The notes under the pieces are model-generated. The model was not told the DNA's origin. It did no database searches and saw only the letters and a program-made list of their open reading frames with translations. A program made the translations under genes and the position numbers. A DNA stretch of 64,000 nucleotides from Spirochaetia bacterium (GTDB lineage: Bacteria > Spirochaetota > Spirochaetia > DSM-2461). The DNA lies in contig CAXXIA010000003.1 of assembly GCA_963666985.2 (NCBI GenBank), positions 1-64,000 of the forward strand. Direction: 5' to 3'. Shown here in pieces: positions 19,105 through 28,953 of the stretch; the first letter of the stretch is position 1; every line of letters starts with the position of its first letter.

Positions 19105-19135
19105 TTTGATATATATCTTTTTGATACATATCAAA
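19105..19135. promoter_or_regulatory. Candidate PadR operator (tandem palindromes)
   Basis: TTTGATA-CA-TATCAAA at 19120-19135 preceded by imperfect TTTGATATATATCTTT, directly before the padR SD. Confidence 0.5.
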
Positions 19136-19151
19136 GAAATGGAGATTTGGA

Positions 19152-19733
19152 ATGCCGAGAGAGAACAAAACACGATACGCCCTTCTCGGGATGCTCACCT
19201 ACAAACCGATGAGCGGCTACGATATGAAAAAAATGAGCGACCACAGCATCGGACATTTCTGGAACGAAAACTACGGAAATATCTATCCGGTACTGAAAAC
19301 AATGGAGGCCGAAGGTTTGGTCGTTATGAGCCGAGAAGGAGGTGAGGATTCTCCGGCCAAGAAGGTATACACCATTACACAGCAAGGCCGAAAGGAATTC
19401 GAATCCTGGCTGAAGCGTCCGGCACTCTCTTCAAAGCTGAGGGATGAGCTTCTTCTCCAGATATTTTTCGGTCAATGGACCGACAGATCCGTCATCGTGG
19501 AAAAACTGAACGCGGAAGATGCCCGCTGCGCCGCCGTTATCGAGGTGCTCGAAGGGATTCGCGCTCATATGGATTCGGGAGAATCCATGGATCCCGATTA
19601 CCCGGTGAATGTCCGGGAAATCATGATTCGGGGAAGGCCGTACTGGCGCAGCACGGTGGAATTCGGTCTGAATTATTATACCGGGATTCGTAAGTGGTGC
19701 GCCGAAACCATCGCCAATTTTAAAGAACTGTAA
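19152..19733 (+). CDS. PadR-family transcriptional regulator (AphA-like subfamily)
   Basis: YALLGML..PMSGYD..FWNENYGNIYPVL..KKVYTITQQGR..WL, with a C-terminal helical domain. Confidence 0.92.
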   Translation: MPRENKTRYALLGMLTYKPMSGYDMKKMSDHSIGHFWNENYGNIYPVLKTMEAEGLVVMSREGGEDSPAKKVYTITQQGRKEFESWLKRPALSSKLRDELLLQIFFGQWTDRSVIVEKLNAEDARCAAVIEVLEGIRAHMDSGESMDPDYPVNVREIMIRGRPYWRSTVEFGLNYYTGIRKWCAETIANFKEL

Positions 19734-19866
19734 AATTTTAGGGTTATGTTCTCGCTCCGGAAGAATGGCGCGAGAAATCCGCGTTTTGTGAAAACATGCC
19801 GAAGAAACGGACCGATCGCCGAAAGTCGTTCACAAAGCCCGCTATTCGATTCAAGGAGAAGGAAAG

Positions 19867-21357
19867 ATGAAGATTATCGTTTTGGGAGGAAGCCCCAAGG
19901 GAGAAACAAGCGTAACCATGCAGTACGTGGAATACCTCAAACGGCGGTATCCTGAGGTAACATTCGATGTGCAGCAGCCGGCCGCTCAGATTCGCAGGCT
20001 GGAATCAAACAAGGAAGCCTTTGAAGAAATAATCGCCGGTGTTGCCGCGGCGGACGGTGTACTCTGGGCCTTTCCTCTGTACGTCCACGGCGTCTGCAGT
20101 CAGTATCAGAGGTTCATTGAACTCATTGAAGAGCGGAACGCCGCGGGAGCCTTCGCGGGGAAAGTCGCGGCGTCGCTGTCCACGTCCATCCATTTTTTCG
20201 ACAACACGGCTCATGATTATGTCAGAAGCGTCTGTGAAGATTTGGGAATGGCTTACGCGCTTTCCCATTCGCCGAAAATGGACGACCTTGTAAAACCCGA
20301 AGGCCGAAAGGCCGCGGAAGGATTCTTCGAATTATTCCGGCAGAGTATACAAAACGGTCTGCCGGCGACTCAATTGTTTCCCTCGCGTTCCGAAACTTCC
20401 GAGTTCCGCTACACTCCCGGCAAGACGGCGACGATTCGGAGTGAATCCGGCAGATGCAGATGTAATCATACAGAAAACGATTCGGCCGCCGAACCGGTTG
20501 CGGCCGAAGTGAAGATTGCCATCGTCGCGGACTCCTTGGAAGGGAATCTCGCGGGTATGATTGAACGCTTCCGGTCGAACTTCGCCGGCGGCGTAACGGT
20601 CATAAACCTGCGGGACATCAACATCGCCGGAGGATGTCTGGGCTGCCTGAAATGCGGACCGGCCAACCGGTGCGGTTGGGACGGAAAGGATGATCTTCGT
20701 TCCGTTTATGAGGAATATATTGAAACCGCCGATATCTATGTTCTGGCCGGTACGGTAAAAGGAAGATGGCATTCTTCCGAACTGAAGGCCTTCATCGACC
20801 GCGGTTTTTATCATACACACCAGCCGTTCCTGACGGGCAAACAATTCGCCGTACTCCTCGACGGCCCCATCACGACGAATCCGGCCCTCCGCGATTTCTG
20901 TACGTCTTACCCGGAATGGCAGGGAGCGGGTCTGCAGGGAATCGCCGCGACGGATTCCCGCGATTCGAAGACTGTCGATGCCGATATCGACGCCCTGGCC
21001 GGCCGCTGCGCCATGGCCGTAAAGACGGGATATCAGCGGCCGAAGACCTTCCTGGGCGTAGGCGGAATGGATATTTTTCGAGACGATATTTACGGGCATT
21101 TGGGCATGGTTTTCAGAGCCGACCATAAGTCTTATCGGAAAAACGGCGTATACAAAACAATGCCCCATAAGCGTCCGCTGAAGTTCGTCGGTCTTCGGAT
21201 TGTCAATCTCATCGTCTCTTTCCCGCCGATACGGAAAAAAATAAGCGCGAACATGCGCACCTTCATGCTTACCCCTTACAAAATGATGTTCAAATCACTG
21301 GGTATGGATTCCGAAGCTGAAGATGGTTCGGCGGCGGCCCGCAAAGCGGGGAAATAA
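19867..21357 (+). CDS. Tandem flavodoxin-fold NAD(P)H-dependent oxidoreductase / iron-sulfur flavoprotein
   Basis: LGGSPKG..ADGVLWAFPLY N-terminal domain; second domain with CLGCLKC-x5-C and LKAFIDR. Confidence 0.8.
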   Translation: MKIIVLGGSPKGETSVTMQYVEYLKRRYPEVTFDVQQPAAQIRRLESNKEAFEEIIAGVAAADGVLWAFPLYVHGVCSQYQRFIELIEERNAAGAFAGKVAASLSTSIHFFDNTAHDYVRSVCEDLGMAYALSHSPKMDDLVKPEGRKAAEGFFELFRQSIQNGLPATQLFPSRSETSEFRYTPGKTATIRSESGRCRCNHTENDSAAEPVAAEVKIAIVADSLEGNLAGMIERFRSNFAGGVTVINLRDINIAGGCLGCLKCGPANRCGWDGKDDLRSVYEEYIETADIYVLAGTVKGRWHSSELKAFIDRGFYHTHQPFLTGKQFAVLLDGPITTNPALRDFCTSYPEWQGAGLQGIAATDSRDSKTVDADIDALAGRCAMAVKTGYQRPKTFLGVGGMDIFRDDIYGHLGMVFRADHKSYRKNGVYKTMPHKRPLKFVGLRIVNLIVSFPPIRKKISANMRTFMLTPYKMMFKSLGMDSEAEDGSAAARKAGK

Positions 21358-21362
21358 ACGGA

Positions 21363-21388
21363 CCAACCCGGCCTTTTCGCCGGGTTGG
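21363..21388. terminator. Perfect 10-bp hairpin after the flavoprotein gene (probable terminator/stabiliser)
   Basis: CCAACCCGGC-CTTTTC-GCCGGGTTGG; no T run on the + strand. Confidence 0.5.
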
Positions 21389-21481
21389 GAAGATATCAAA
21401 AGGAGAGGTGCAACCTGCTCGATGATACAAAACCCTCGGTTTTCATCCTCAGAATCCGCTTCTTCATGCTATGCTTTGTCT

Positions 21482-22000
21482 ATGGACACAATGGATGCGA
21501 TTTATCACCGGCGTTCGGTAAGAAATTACTCCGACGAAGCGGTTTCCGGCGAGGATTTTCAGAAAATCATAGCGGCGGGAATGATGGCTCCCAGCGCGGG
21601 AAATCAGCAGCCCTGGCATTTCATTACCGTTACGAAGAAAGAAACCCTTCTTGCCGTTACACAGGTGAATCCCAATGCCGGCATGGCCTCCAAAGCTCCC
21701 GCGGGTATTCTGGTCTGCGGAGATAAAACCTTGGAGAAATATCCTGGATATTGGATACAAGACTGCAGCGCCTCCGTTCAAAACATGCTTCTGACAATCC
21801 ATGCGATGAATTTGGCGGCCGTATGGACAGGGATATGGCCCGTTCAGGACCGTGTTGAAGGATTTATAAAGCTCTTCGGCCTGCCCGATTCGGTTCTCCC
21901 TCTGGGATTCATCGTCTTAGGGCACCCCATGGACAATAATCGGAAAGGGAATCCTCCGGATCGTTTCAGGCCCGATCGAATCCATACCGAACAATGGTAA
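21482..22000 (+). CDS. Nitroreductase family protein
   Basis: RRSVRNY, APSAGNQQPWHF, QDCSASVQNMLL, AVWTG; start MDTMDAI. Confidence 0.92.
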   Translation: MDTMDAIYHRRSVRNYSDEAVSGEDFQKIIAAGMMAPSAGNQQPWHFITVTKKETLLAVTQVNPNAGMASKAPAGILVCGDKTLEKYPGYWIQDCSASVQNMLLTIHAMNLAAVWTGIWPVQDRVEGFIKLFGLPDSVLPLGFIVLGHPMDNNRKGNPPDRFRPDRIHTEQW

Positions 22001-22067
22001 CATCAATTCTTTTACAGGCCGTGAAAAAAGCGGTCCGAGTATGGAAGGAACCTTATCCCGGGAAGAC

Positions 22068-22856
22068 TCAGTATTCGGGATGATACAATTTGCTCTGGAG
22101 TACGCAGCGATTTCCTTTTAGTCGGGATGTAAAGAATTCCACCGGCCGATGATCCGCCGTATAGTTAATGGCCCTCAGCATCAAACAAGGTTCCCAAAGA
22201 GTTGTTTTCAGCAATACCGCATCCTCAAGATCCATCCTGGAGGCAAGGACTTCCCGTTCGGCATATTCAACCCGAACGTCGAACAGATCGCGGATAAGCT
22301 GATAAAGATTCTTTTGGAATTCTTGTTCGGGAATCTCCAAAAGCTTCTCATAATCGGGATTTCCAAAATAAGAATCTACAACCAGAATCGGTTCATCTTC
22401 AACATAACGAAGCCGAGAAAGATGAATAACGTCATCTCCGATATCAATATTCAGCCTCGTGGCGATAAGGTGACCGGCCTGAATTTTTTCCCGTTTCAGC
22501 AATTCCGTATGATATGTGATCTTTTGCCGTTCCAGCATTTCTCCGAAACTGATCAGTTCTCCAAGAAAAACCAGAGGCAGATTATTCGGATTGCTGGTAA
22601 TGGCCCGTTTCCCGCGCTCCCTGATGAGGAATCCCTTTTCGATGAGCATTTTCATGGCACGGTTGACCGTGGGACGGCTAATGCCCAAAACCAGAGAGAC
22701 TTCCTCTTCGCTCAAGAACTCGGTATTCAGAGGAATTTCCTCATTCTCGATCAGACTGGTAAGAATGTATTCCACTTGAGAATACAGCGGAATACCATCC
22801 GTCTCGGTTAATACGGAACGATACTGTGTTAAACTTTTTTTGATATGCTCAATCAT
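22068..22856 (-). CDS. GntR-family regulator, HutC/UTRA subfamily
   Basis: PLYSQV..LSEEEV..LGISRPTVNRAM wHTH followed by a UTRA domain (ISFGEML, LSRLRYVEDEPI). Confidence 0.9.
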   Translation of the reverse strand: MIEHIKKSLTQYRSVLTETDGIPLYSQVEYILTSLIENEEIPLNTEFLSEEEVSLVLGISRPTVNRAMKMLIEKGFLIRERGKRAITSNPNNLPLVFLGELISFGEMLERQKITYHTELLKREKIQAGHLIATRLNIDIGDDVIHLSRLRYVEDEPILVVDSYFGNPDYEKLLEIPEQEFQKNLYQLIRDLFDVRVEYAEREVLASRMDLEDAVLLKTTLWEPCLMLRAINYTADHRPVEFFTSRLKGNRCVLQSKLYHPEY

Positions 22857-22873
22857 AAGCAGTTTTCCGTTTT

Positions 22874-24424
22874 CTATTCCTTTTCGCCCGAATCGGAAAA
22901 TCGATCATAATAGGGATTCATGGACTCCAGCAATCCCTGAAAGATTTCATACATCTTATCATGATATATCGCGCTTCCTCTATTCGGTTCAAAACAATCC
23001 GGAGTGCCCATACTTTCGTTCGCGGATGAAAAATCATCCAGGATTCCCAAGCCGACGCCGCATACGGCGGCCGCTCCCCGGGCGGTCGCCATCTGCAGAG
23101 TTTTCGGCCGAACGATGCTACATCCGCAGATATCGGCAATCGTTCCACACCAGGCATCGCTTTGGGCTCCTCCGCCTATAATCCTCAAATCGGCCGAGGG
23201 GGAATCCCGTCCGAATAAAATCGAAAGCATTCCGCGAAGGTTATACGCGACGCCTTCCTGCACGGCTTTAATCATTTCATAAGCGCCGTGTTCCATGGAC
23301 AAGCCGATGAAAGCTCCCCGAGCCCGTTCATTGTAGTCCGGCGGACCGCCGCCGCGCAGATAAGGCAGAAAAATCAAATCACGGGATTTCTTCGGATTCC
23401 CGACGGACCATTGTTCAAAGGCCGAATAAAGGTTTTCTCGATTTTTTTCGAAAGAGGAATCACATGAGGACTCGACCAAAAGGTCAATAATCCATTGATA
23501 ACAAATACCTCCTCCGTAATTCACAAGTTGTGAACAGTAATAATCTTTTACAACATGATTCAAAACAAAAGGACGGGCGGAGGGATTGAGCTTCAGTGCG
23601 TTTTTGGGAACCGTATCCGAAATCCAGGACGCCGAACCGAGGCTTAAATAGGGAGTGTTTTCTTCGACAGATCCGGCACCGACCGAGGCGCAGGGAACAT
23701 CCCCGCCTCCGGTTACAACGGGGATTCCGGGTATTAAGCCGCAATCGCTTGCGGCTTTTTCCGTCAGCCTTCCCACAATTTCACAGGAATCAATCAGCAG
23801 CGGCAGCTTCTCCATATCCAGTCCCAGTGAGCCGACAATCTCTTCCGACCATTTTCCCTTCTGCAGATCCATCAGCCCGTAGTTGGATCCTTCCGAAAAA
23901 TCCGTTGCGAAACATCCTGTCAGCCGGAGATTAATAAAATCCTTGGTCCCTAAAAACGCATAGGTTTTATCATAGAGATCCTTTCGATTTTTCTTAATCC
24001 AAAGGATTTTCGACGCCGGATATATCGGCAGATCGAGACCGCCCCCCGTAATTTGATAAAACCGCTTAAAACCTATCTCCGATTCGAGAAAAGCCGCTTC
24101 CTCCGTACTCCGAAAATCGGCCCACAAAAACGTTTCATCCATCAAGAGATTCCCGTCGCGGTCTACGGGAATGCAGCCGTTCATATGCCCGTCGACACAG
24201 ATTCCGGCGACCGATGAGGGAGAAATTCCGGTTTCCTCCAGAAGTTCACGGGTTGAAGCGACAATGGAGAGCCACCAGTCATCCGGCTTTTGAAGAGCCG
24301 TCAGCGGCTCTTTATAGAATGTCTTATGTCCCCTATACCGATCCGCTTGTAAACCAAGGCGTTCGTCGAAGAGACAACTCTTCACTCCCGTCGTACCGAT
24401 GTCGTGAGACACAATGTAATTCAT
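22874..24424 (-). CDS. FGGY-family carbohydrate kinase (xylulokinase-like)
   Basis: SHDIGTTGVK, WADFRS, GGGD, LGSA, FLPYLRG, ARGAFIGL, EGVA, GGGAQS. Confidence 0.92.
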   Translation of the reverse strand: MNYIVSHDIGTTGVKSCLFDERLGLQADRYRGHKTFYKEPLTALQKPDDWWLSIVASTRELLEETGISPSSVAGICVDGHMNGCIPVDRDGNLLMDETFLWADFRSTEEAAFLESEIGFKRFYQITGGGLDLPIYPASKILWIKKNRKDLYDKTYAFLGTKDFINLRLTGCFATDFSEGSNYGLMDLQKGKWSEEIVGSLGLDMEKLPLLIDSCEIVGRLTEKAASDCGLIPGIPVVTGGGDVPCASVGAGSVEENTPYLSLGSASWISDTVPKNALKLNPSARPFVLNHVVKDYYCSQLVNYGGGICYQWIIDLLVESSCDSSFEKNRENLYSAFEQWSVGNPKKSRDLIFLPYLRGGGPPDYNERARGAFIGLSMEHGAYEMIKAVQEGVAYNLRGMLSILFGRDSPSADLRIIGGGAQSDAWCGTIADICGCSIVRPKTLQMATARGAAAVCGVGLGILDDFSSANESMGTPDCFEPNRGSAIYHDKMYEIFQGLLESMNPYYDRFSDSGEKE

Positions 24425-25209
24425 GACCAAGCCTTCCAGGGATTGTGCGTGGCGAGCATGCCGCCGTCTACGGAGAGGATTGTCCCGTTGATATACGAAG
24501 AGGCTTCCGATGCCAAAAACAGCACGAGAGAGGTTATATCCTCCGGATTCGCGAAACGCCTAATGGGAATCCCTTTGAGTTTCTCTTCCGCTCTGCTTTC
24601 CAGAATATCGCGGGTCATTTCCGTAACAACAACGCCGGGAGCATACGCATTAACCAAGATTCCATAAGGGGCGAATTCCGCGGCCATCACCCGAGTCAGA
24701 GTTTCAACGGCGGCCTTCGTAATGCAGTAAGCTCCCATACCGACGCTGGGCATGGCCGCGACGTTGGAGCTGACATTGATGATTCTCCCGCCGCCGCGTT
24801 CTTTCATGGAAGAAAGGACGGAACGGGAACAATGAAGAACTCCCGAAAGATTAACCTCCAAAACGCGATTCCAATCCTCAATCTTCATCCTCTCCAATGA
24901 AGAACGAATAAGGATTCCAGCGTTGTTGACGAGAACATCAATCCCCGAGAGTTCCCGAACGATTTCGGCGGCGGCCTCATTGACCGAGTCGGGATTCGAA
25001 ATATCGCAAGAGACGCCGATGATTTTCACATCCGGGAATTCCTCGGTTAATTCATCAACCGTCCGCTCCAGTGTTTCACGCCGAAGATCCAAAAGCGCGA
25101 CATTGGCCCCCATTCGGCAGAATCCCATGGCGATATTGCGGCCGATTCCCTGAGAGGCACCGGTAACCACCGCGTTTTTTCCCTGAATATCGGGATATAT
25201 GGCAGTCAT
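24421..25209 (-). CDS. Short-chain dehydrogenase/reductase
   Basis: TGASQGIG, NNAG, YCITK, VNAYAPG, VDGG. Confidence 0.93.
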   Translation of the reverse strand: MTAIYPDIQGKNAVVTGASQGIGRNIAMGFCRMGANVALLDLRRETLERTVDELTEEFPDVKIIGVSCDISNPDSVNEAAAEIVRELSGIDVLVNNAGILIRSSLERMKIEDWNRVLEVNLSGVLHCSRSVLSSMKERGGGRIINVSSNVAAMPSVGMGAYCITKAAVETLTRVMAAEFAPYGILVNAYAPGVVVTEMTRDILESRAEEKLKGIPIRRFANPEDITSLVLFLASEASSYINGTILSVDGGMLATHNPWKAWS

Positions 25210-25226
25210 ACGTTCTTCCTTCTTTC

Positions 25227-26033
25227 TTAAATCGACAGGGAATGTCCGCCGTCGACCATAACGACTTCACCCGTCATATAGGACGAAGCTTCGGAAGACA
25301 GAAAGGCGATGGGACCGAACAAGTCCATAACTTGCGCCATGCGCCCAAGGGGAATTTTTCCAATGCGATCGCGCTCTTTCTTATTCAAATCGCGTTGGGA
25401 ATCTCCTTTCCGAACATTTTCCCTGATATCTATAAAGCCGGGAGCGAGGGCGTTAACACGGATGCCTTTTTCGGCCCATTCGCATGCAAGAGATTTCGTG
25501 AGCATCACGACTCCCGACTTCGCTGTGCAGTAACCGGCTTTGGGAGAGCCCTGTACGTAAAAATAGGAAGCGGTGGAGGCAAAATTAATTATGCTGCCTC
25601 CTCCGCCGGCCGCCATTTTCTCGCCGAAATACCGGCACGTAAGAAAAAAGGAATTCAAATTGATGTCCAGTTCCTTTTTCCACGTTGCGTAATCAAGTTC
25701 GAAGACGGTTTTTCCGCTTCCGAAAGTGCATACAAGGTTTACCAATACGTCGATTCCGCCGAAATCTTCCGCAACCTCTTCTGCAAGACTTTTTACCGCC
25801 GCCTCATCGGTTAGATTGCGGCAATACGTGAGGAGTTCTCCCGCGGAGGAAGGATTTTCAACACGCAATTCCTCAATGGCCGGATCGATATCGATCGCCG
25901 CGACTTTCGCGCCGGAATCGACCAAAAGCAAGGCCAGCCGACGGCCGACGGTTCCGCCCGCGCCCGCGAGTACGAAGACTTTGCCGGTTATGTCGAAAAG
26001 ATTTTTCACCGCTGACCGCGAAATATCGCTCAT
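25227..26033 (-). CDS. Short-chain dehydrogenase/reductase
   Basis: AGAGGTVG, GSIINFAS, YCTAK, IRVNALAPG, VDGG; ATG 26033 overlaps the upstream stop. Confidence 0.9.
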   Translation of the reverse strand: MSDISRSAVKNLFDITGKVFVLAGAGGTVGRRLALLLVDSGAKVAAIDIDPAIEELRVENPSSAGELLTYCRNLTDEAAVKSLAEEVAEDFGGIDVLVNLVCTFGSGKTVFELDYATWKKELDINLNSFFLTCRYFGEKMAAGGGGSIINFASTASYFYVQGSPKAGYCTAKSGVVMLTKSLACEWAEKGIRVNALAPGFIDIRENVRKGDSQRDLNKKERDRIGKIPLGRMAQVMDLFGPIAFLSSEASSYMTGEVVMVDGGHSLSI

Positions 26034-26554
26034 CGGCTCTCCCCGCTTCCTCTTTTCTCCAATATTTCCGCGGTCCAGCGGGCGGCATCGCCGCAAACAC
26101 CCGTACAGCCCCAATCATGGGCCCCCGATTGTTCAAATTTCACCTTTTCATCCGGATCGGTAATGCTGTAAGGCCTTCCGTACAAATTCCTATGAATCTG
26201 ATGACAAATAATCGAACCGTATTTTTCAATGAACTTATTATGCAATTCCTGCACTAAAGCAAAATTCTCTTTATTTTTCGACGAAGCCCTCGGATCGTCG
26301 GGATCGGCTCCGATATCCTCAAGCCGTCGGCCTGTTTGAGTTCCGATAAAATACGTTCCGCCCACATAAGCGCCGCAAGATCCGTCGCCCAAACATCCGC
26401 CTCCGGCCGAGAAACCGGCCATTGCCCGATAGGCGTCCGGATTAACAACGCCGAAGGTCTCCATAAGAGCCTTGAATGTCGACTGAGAACATCCCTTTTC
26501 CGTTTTTTCGATTTGGAATCCGAGTTCATATGCTTTATCCGATTTTTCGCTCAT
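26030..26554 (-). CDS. C-GCAxxG-C-C family putative redox-active protein
   Basis: GCSQS..GFSAGGG..SCGAYVGG..F..KYGSIIC..C pattern, with extra cysteines. Confidence 0.85.
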   Translation of the reverse strand: MSEKSDKAYELGFQIEKTEKGCSQSTFKALMETFGVVNPDAYRAMAGFSAGGGCLGDGSCGAYVGGTYFIGTQTGRRLEDIGADPDDPRASSKNKENFALVQELHNKFIEKYGSIICHQIHRNLYGRPYSITDPDEKVKFEQSGAHDWGCTGVCGDAARWTAEILEKRGSGESR

Positions 26555-26571
26555 ATCGTTTCTCCTTCGCT

Positions 26572-27936
26572 TTACGCCAATTGCTGGGCGGTTTTCAAAA
26601 CGGCTTCAGCCAAAGTGGGGTGAACATGAATCATTCGGCCGATATCTTCGGCCGTAGCCCCCACGAATTTCGCCAAGGCCAGCTCGTGAATAAGATCGGA
26701 CGAGTGAGGACCGATGATCTGAGCGCCGAGAATCTTTCCGCTTTCTTCAATGAGTGTTTTTACAAATCCTTCATACTCGTCGCTGACCAGAGCTTTGCCG
26801 TTGGACTTAAAGGGAGAAATCGTCGATCGATATTCGATACCGCGTTTCTTGGCCTCCTGCTCGGTTAATCCCACTCCGGAGATTTCCAGGCTGGTAAAAA
26901 TCGACCAGGGAACCACGTCGTAATCCATTGTTCTCTTTTCTCCAAGAATATGACGGGCGACGATTTCTCCTTCCAAGCGGGAAACATGGGCTAAGGTTCC
27001 GCCGATAACGTCGCCCACGGCATAAATTGAAGAAGCTGAAGTCCGTAAACACTCGTCGACAAGGATTTGCCCTCGCGCACCCGTCCGAATCCCCGCTTTT
27101 TCCAAATTCAATCCGGAGGTGTTCGGTTTCCTTCCGACAACGACCAATACCTTTTCCGCTTTAATGTCATTGCCGTCGGCCAATTTGCATTCAAAACCTT
27201 CGGCGGTCCGCCGATAGCTTTCGACGCATGTATTGAAATGCATTTCGATACCGCGCTTTTCGAAATCGGCCTGAATAAGAGCCGAAACATCTTCATCCAC
27301 AGTCGCGAGAAGACGGGGCAGCATTTCAACCATTGTGATTTTGACGCCGAAATTGGAGAAGATATTGGCGAATTCGCAGCCCATTACGCCACCGCCGATT
27401 ATGAGGATGGACCCGGGCAATTCTTTGAGAGACAAAATCCCGCGATTCGAAAGGATGTCGGGATCGTCGTAGGCAAACGGAGGTACCTCAACCGAAACCG
27501 AACCGGTATCAATAAGAATGTTCTTCGATTCAATCAGGAACGGTTCGCCTTCTTTGGGTTCAACCAAAACGGTTTTATCATCATGCAGACTTCCAAATCC
27601 CATATGCAGATCGATTCCCATCTTTGAGAACTTTGAAACGCATCCACTCTCAAGCGCGGCGACGTGCCGGCCGGTTCGCTCCATGACTTTGGAGAAATCC
27701 AGTGAAAAGCCCTTGCCGCTTATTCCGTACGTTTCGAGATGATTCAGAATATCGATCCGGTGAGATACCGAAGCCAGACTTTTTGTCGGCATGCATCCCC
27801 ATTTCAGGCACACTCCGCCGAGAACCTCCTTCTCGACACACGCGACGGACAATCCCGCGGCGGCGGCCATCGGTCCGGCGACATAGCCCCCCGGACCTCC
27901 GCCTATAATGGTGAGGTCTTTTTCAATTTTCTTCAT
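26572..27936 (-). CDS. lpdA: Dihydrolipoyl dehydrogenase-like flavoprotein disulfide reductase (orphan)
   Basis: IGGGPGGY, GGVCLKWGCMP redox disulfide, IGGGVMGCE, YAVGD, HPTLAE. Confidence 0.88.
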   Translation of the reverse strand: MKKIEKDLTIIGGGPGGYVAGPMAAAAGLSVACVEKEVLGGVCLKWGCMPTKSLASVSHRIDILNHLETYGISGKGFSLDFSKVMERTGRHVAALESGCVSKFSKMGIDLHMGFGSLHDDKTVLVEPKEGEPFLIESKNILIDTGSVSVEVPPFAYDDPDILSNRGILSLKELPGSILIIGGGVMGCEFANIFSNFGVKITMVEMLPRLLATVDEDVSALIQADFEKRGIEMHFNTCVESYRRTAEGFECKLADGNDIKAEKVLVVVGRKPNTSGLNLEKAGIRTGARGQILVDECLRTSASSIYAVGDVIGGTLAHVSRLEGEIVARHILGEKRTMDYDVVPWSIFTSLEISGVGLTEQEAKKRGIEYRSTISPFKSNGKALVSDEYEGFVKTLIEESGKILGAQIIGPHSSDLIHELALAKFVGATAEDIGRMIHVHPTLAEAVLKTAQQLA

Positions 27937-27948
27937 TCAAGTCTCCAG

Positions 27949-28953
27949 TCAGTTATTTGTTTCCATTCGGCTGTACGCACCGACGATTACGAGGATGATG
28001 ACGCCGTTCAGCATGACCTGCCATTCTTCATGCAGGCCTATCATGCCGAGAACGCTGTAGAGAACGGAGGTAACGATGACTCCCAGCATCGTCTTTCCGG
28101 CTCCTCCGATACCGCCCGAAAACATCGTTCCCCCGATCACGACGGCCGCAATGGTCTGCAGAGTCAGATTCGCTCCTACCCCGGCCCCGCTCTGAAACGT
28201 TGGATAGGGAGTCCTGGCCTGTCCGAGATAAAGCAAACCGGCGATAACGGCCAGAATTCCGCTCAATGTATAGGTCAGGATTTGAACTCTTTCGATTCGA
28301 ATACCCGAAAGGCGGGAGGATTCACAATTGCTTCCCAGAGAACGGATTTTCCATCCGAATGAAGTCCGATTTAATATAAAACCGAACACGATTACGAATC
28401 CGATCCACAGAAGCGTTCGCACGGGAAGACCGTTGAATCCGCCTTTTTGAGAAGATTTCATGATGCGGGCGATACTGAATTGGGTCAGTTCTTCCGCCGA
28501 CTTCCCGCCGCCGCCGCCGCCCGTGGCGACATACAGGATTCCGGTAATGATAATCATCATCGCCAGAGTCATTACGACATAGGGAATCTTCAGTCGAGCG
28601 ATACAGAAACCGTTTATGAAACCTATGGCCGTACCTATGGCCAGACAAATCAGGATGGGTCCCCAAAGCGCTCCGTCGCCCATGAGCTGAGCCCCTATCA
28701 TCACCACCAGCCAATAAATCGCTCCGACGGACATATCAATACCGCCCGAAAGAATGACCAGGGTTTGGGAAAGAGCCAGTATTCCCAGCATTGAATTAAG
28801 ATAAAGGATTCCAATTAAATGATTTACGGTAAGAAACCTCGGCGTGATAATTCCGGCGACGGCCATTATAACAACCAGCGCGGCCAGGATGATGGAAACC
28901 TGCAGATTCTTTCGCATCGAGTCTTTCATCGACTGTATAAAGTTGCTATTCAT
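27949..28953 (-). CDS. Sugar ABC transporter permease (RbsC/CUT2 type)
   Basis: GGIDMSVG, GSNCESSRLSGI, TIAAVVIGGT..GG. Confidence 0.92.
   Translation of the reverse strand: MNSNFIQSMKDSMRKNLQVSIILAALVVIMAVAGIITPRFLTVNHLIGILYLNSMLGILALSQTLVILSGGIDMSVGAIYWLVVMIGAQLMGDGALWGPILICLAIGTAIGFINGFCIARLKIPYVVMTLAMMIIITGILYVATGGGGGGKSAEELTQFSIARIMKSSQKGGFNGLPVRTLLWIGFVIVFGFILNRTSFGWKIRSLGSNCESSRLSGIRIERVQILTYTLSGILAVIAGLLYLGQARTPYPTFQSGAGVGANLTLQTIAAVVIGGTMFSGGIGGAGKTMLGVIVTSVLYSVLGMIGLHEEWQVMLNGVIILVIVGAYSRMETNN

Noticed and set aside
12316..22000. Prophage or genomic island integrated at tRNA-Leu
   Set aside because: The duplicated tRNA end is only 180 bp away, and no integrase, phage or conjugation gene is seen.
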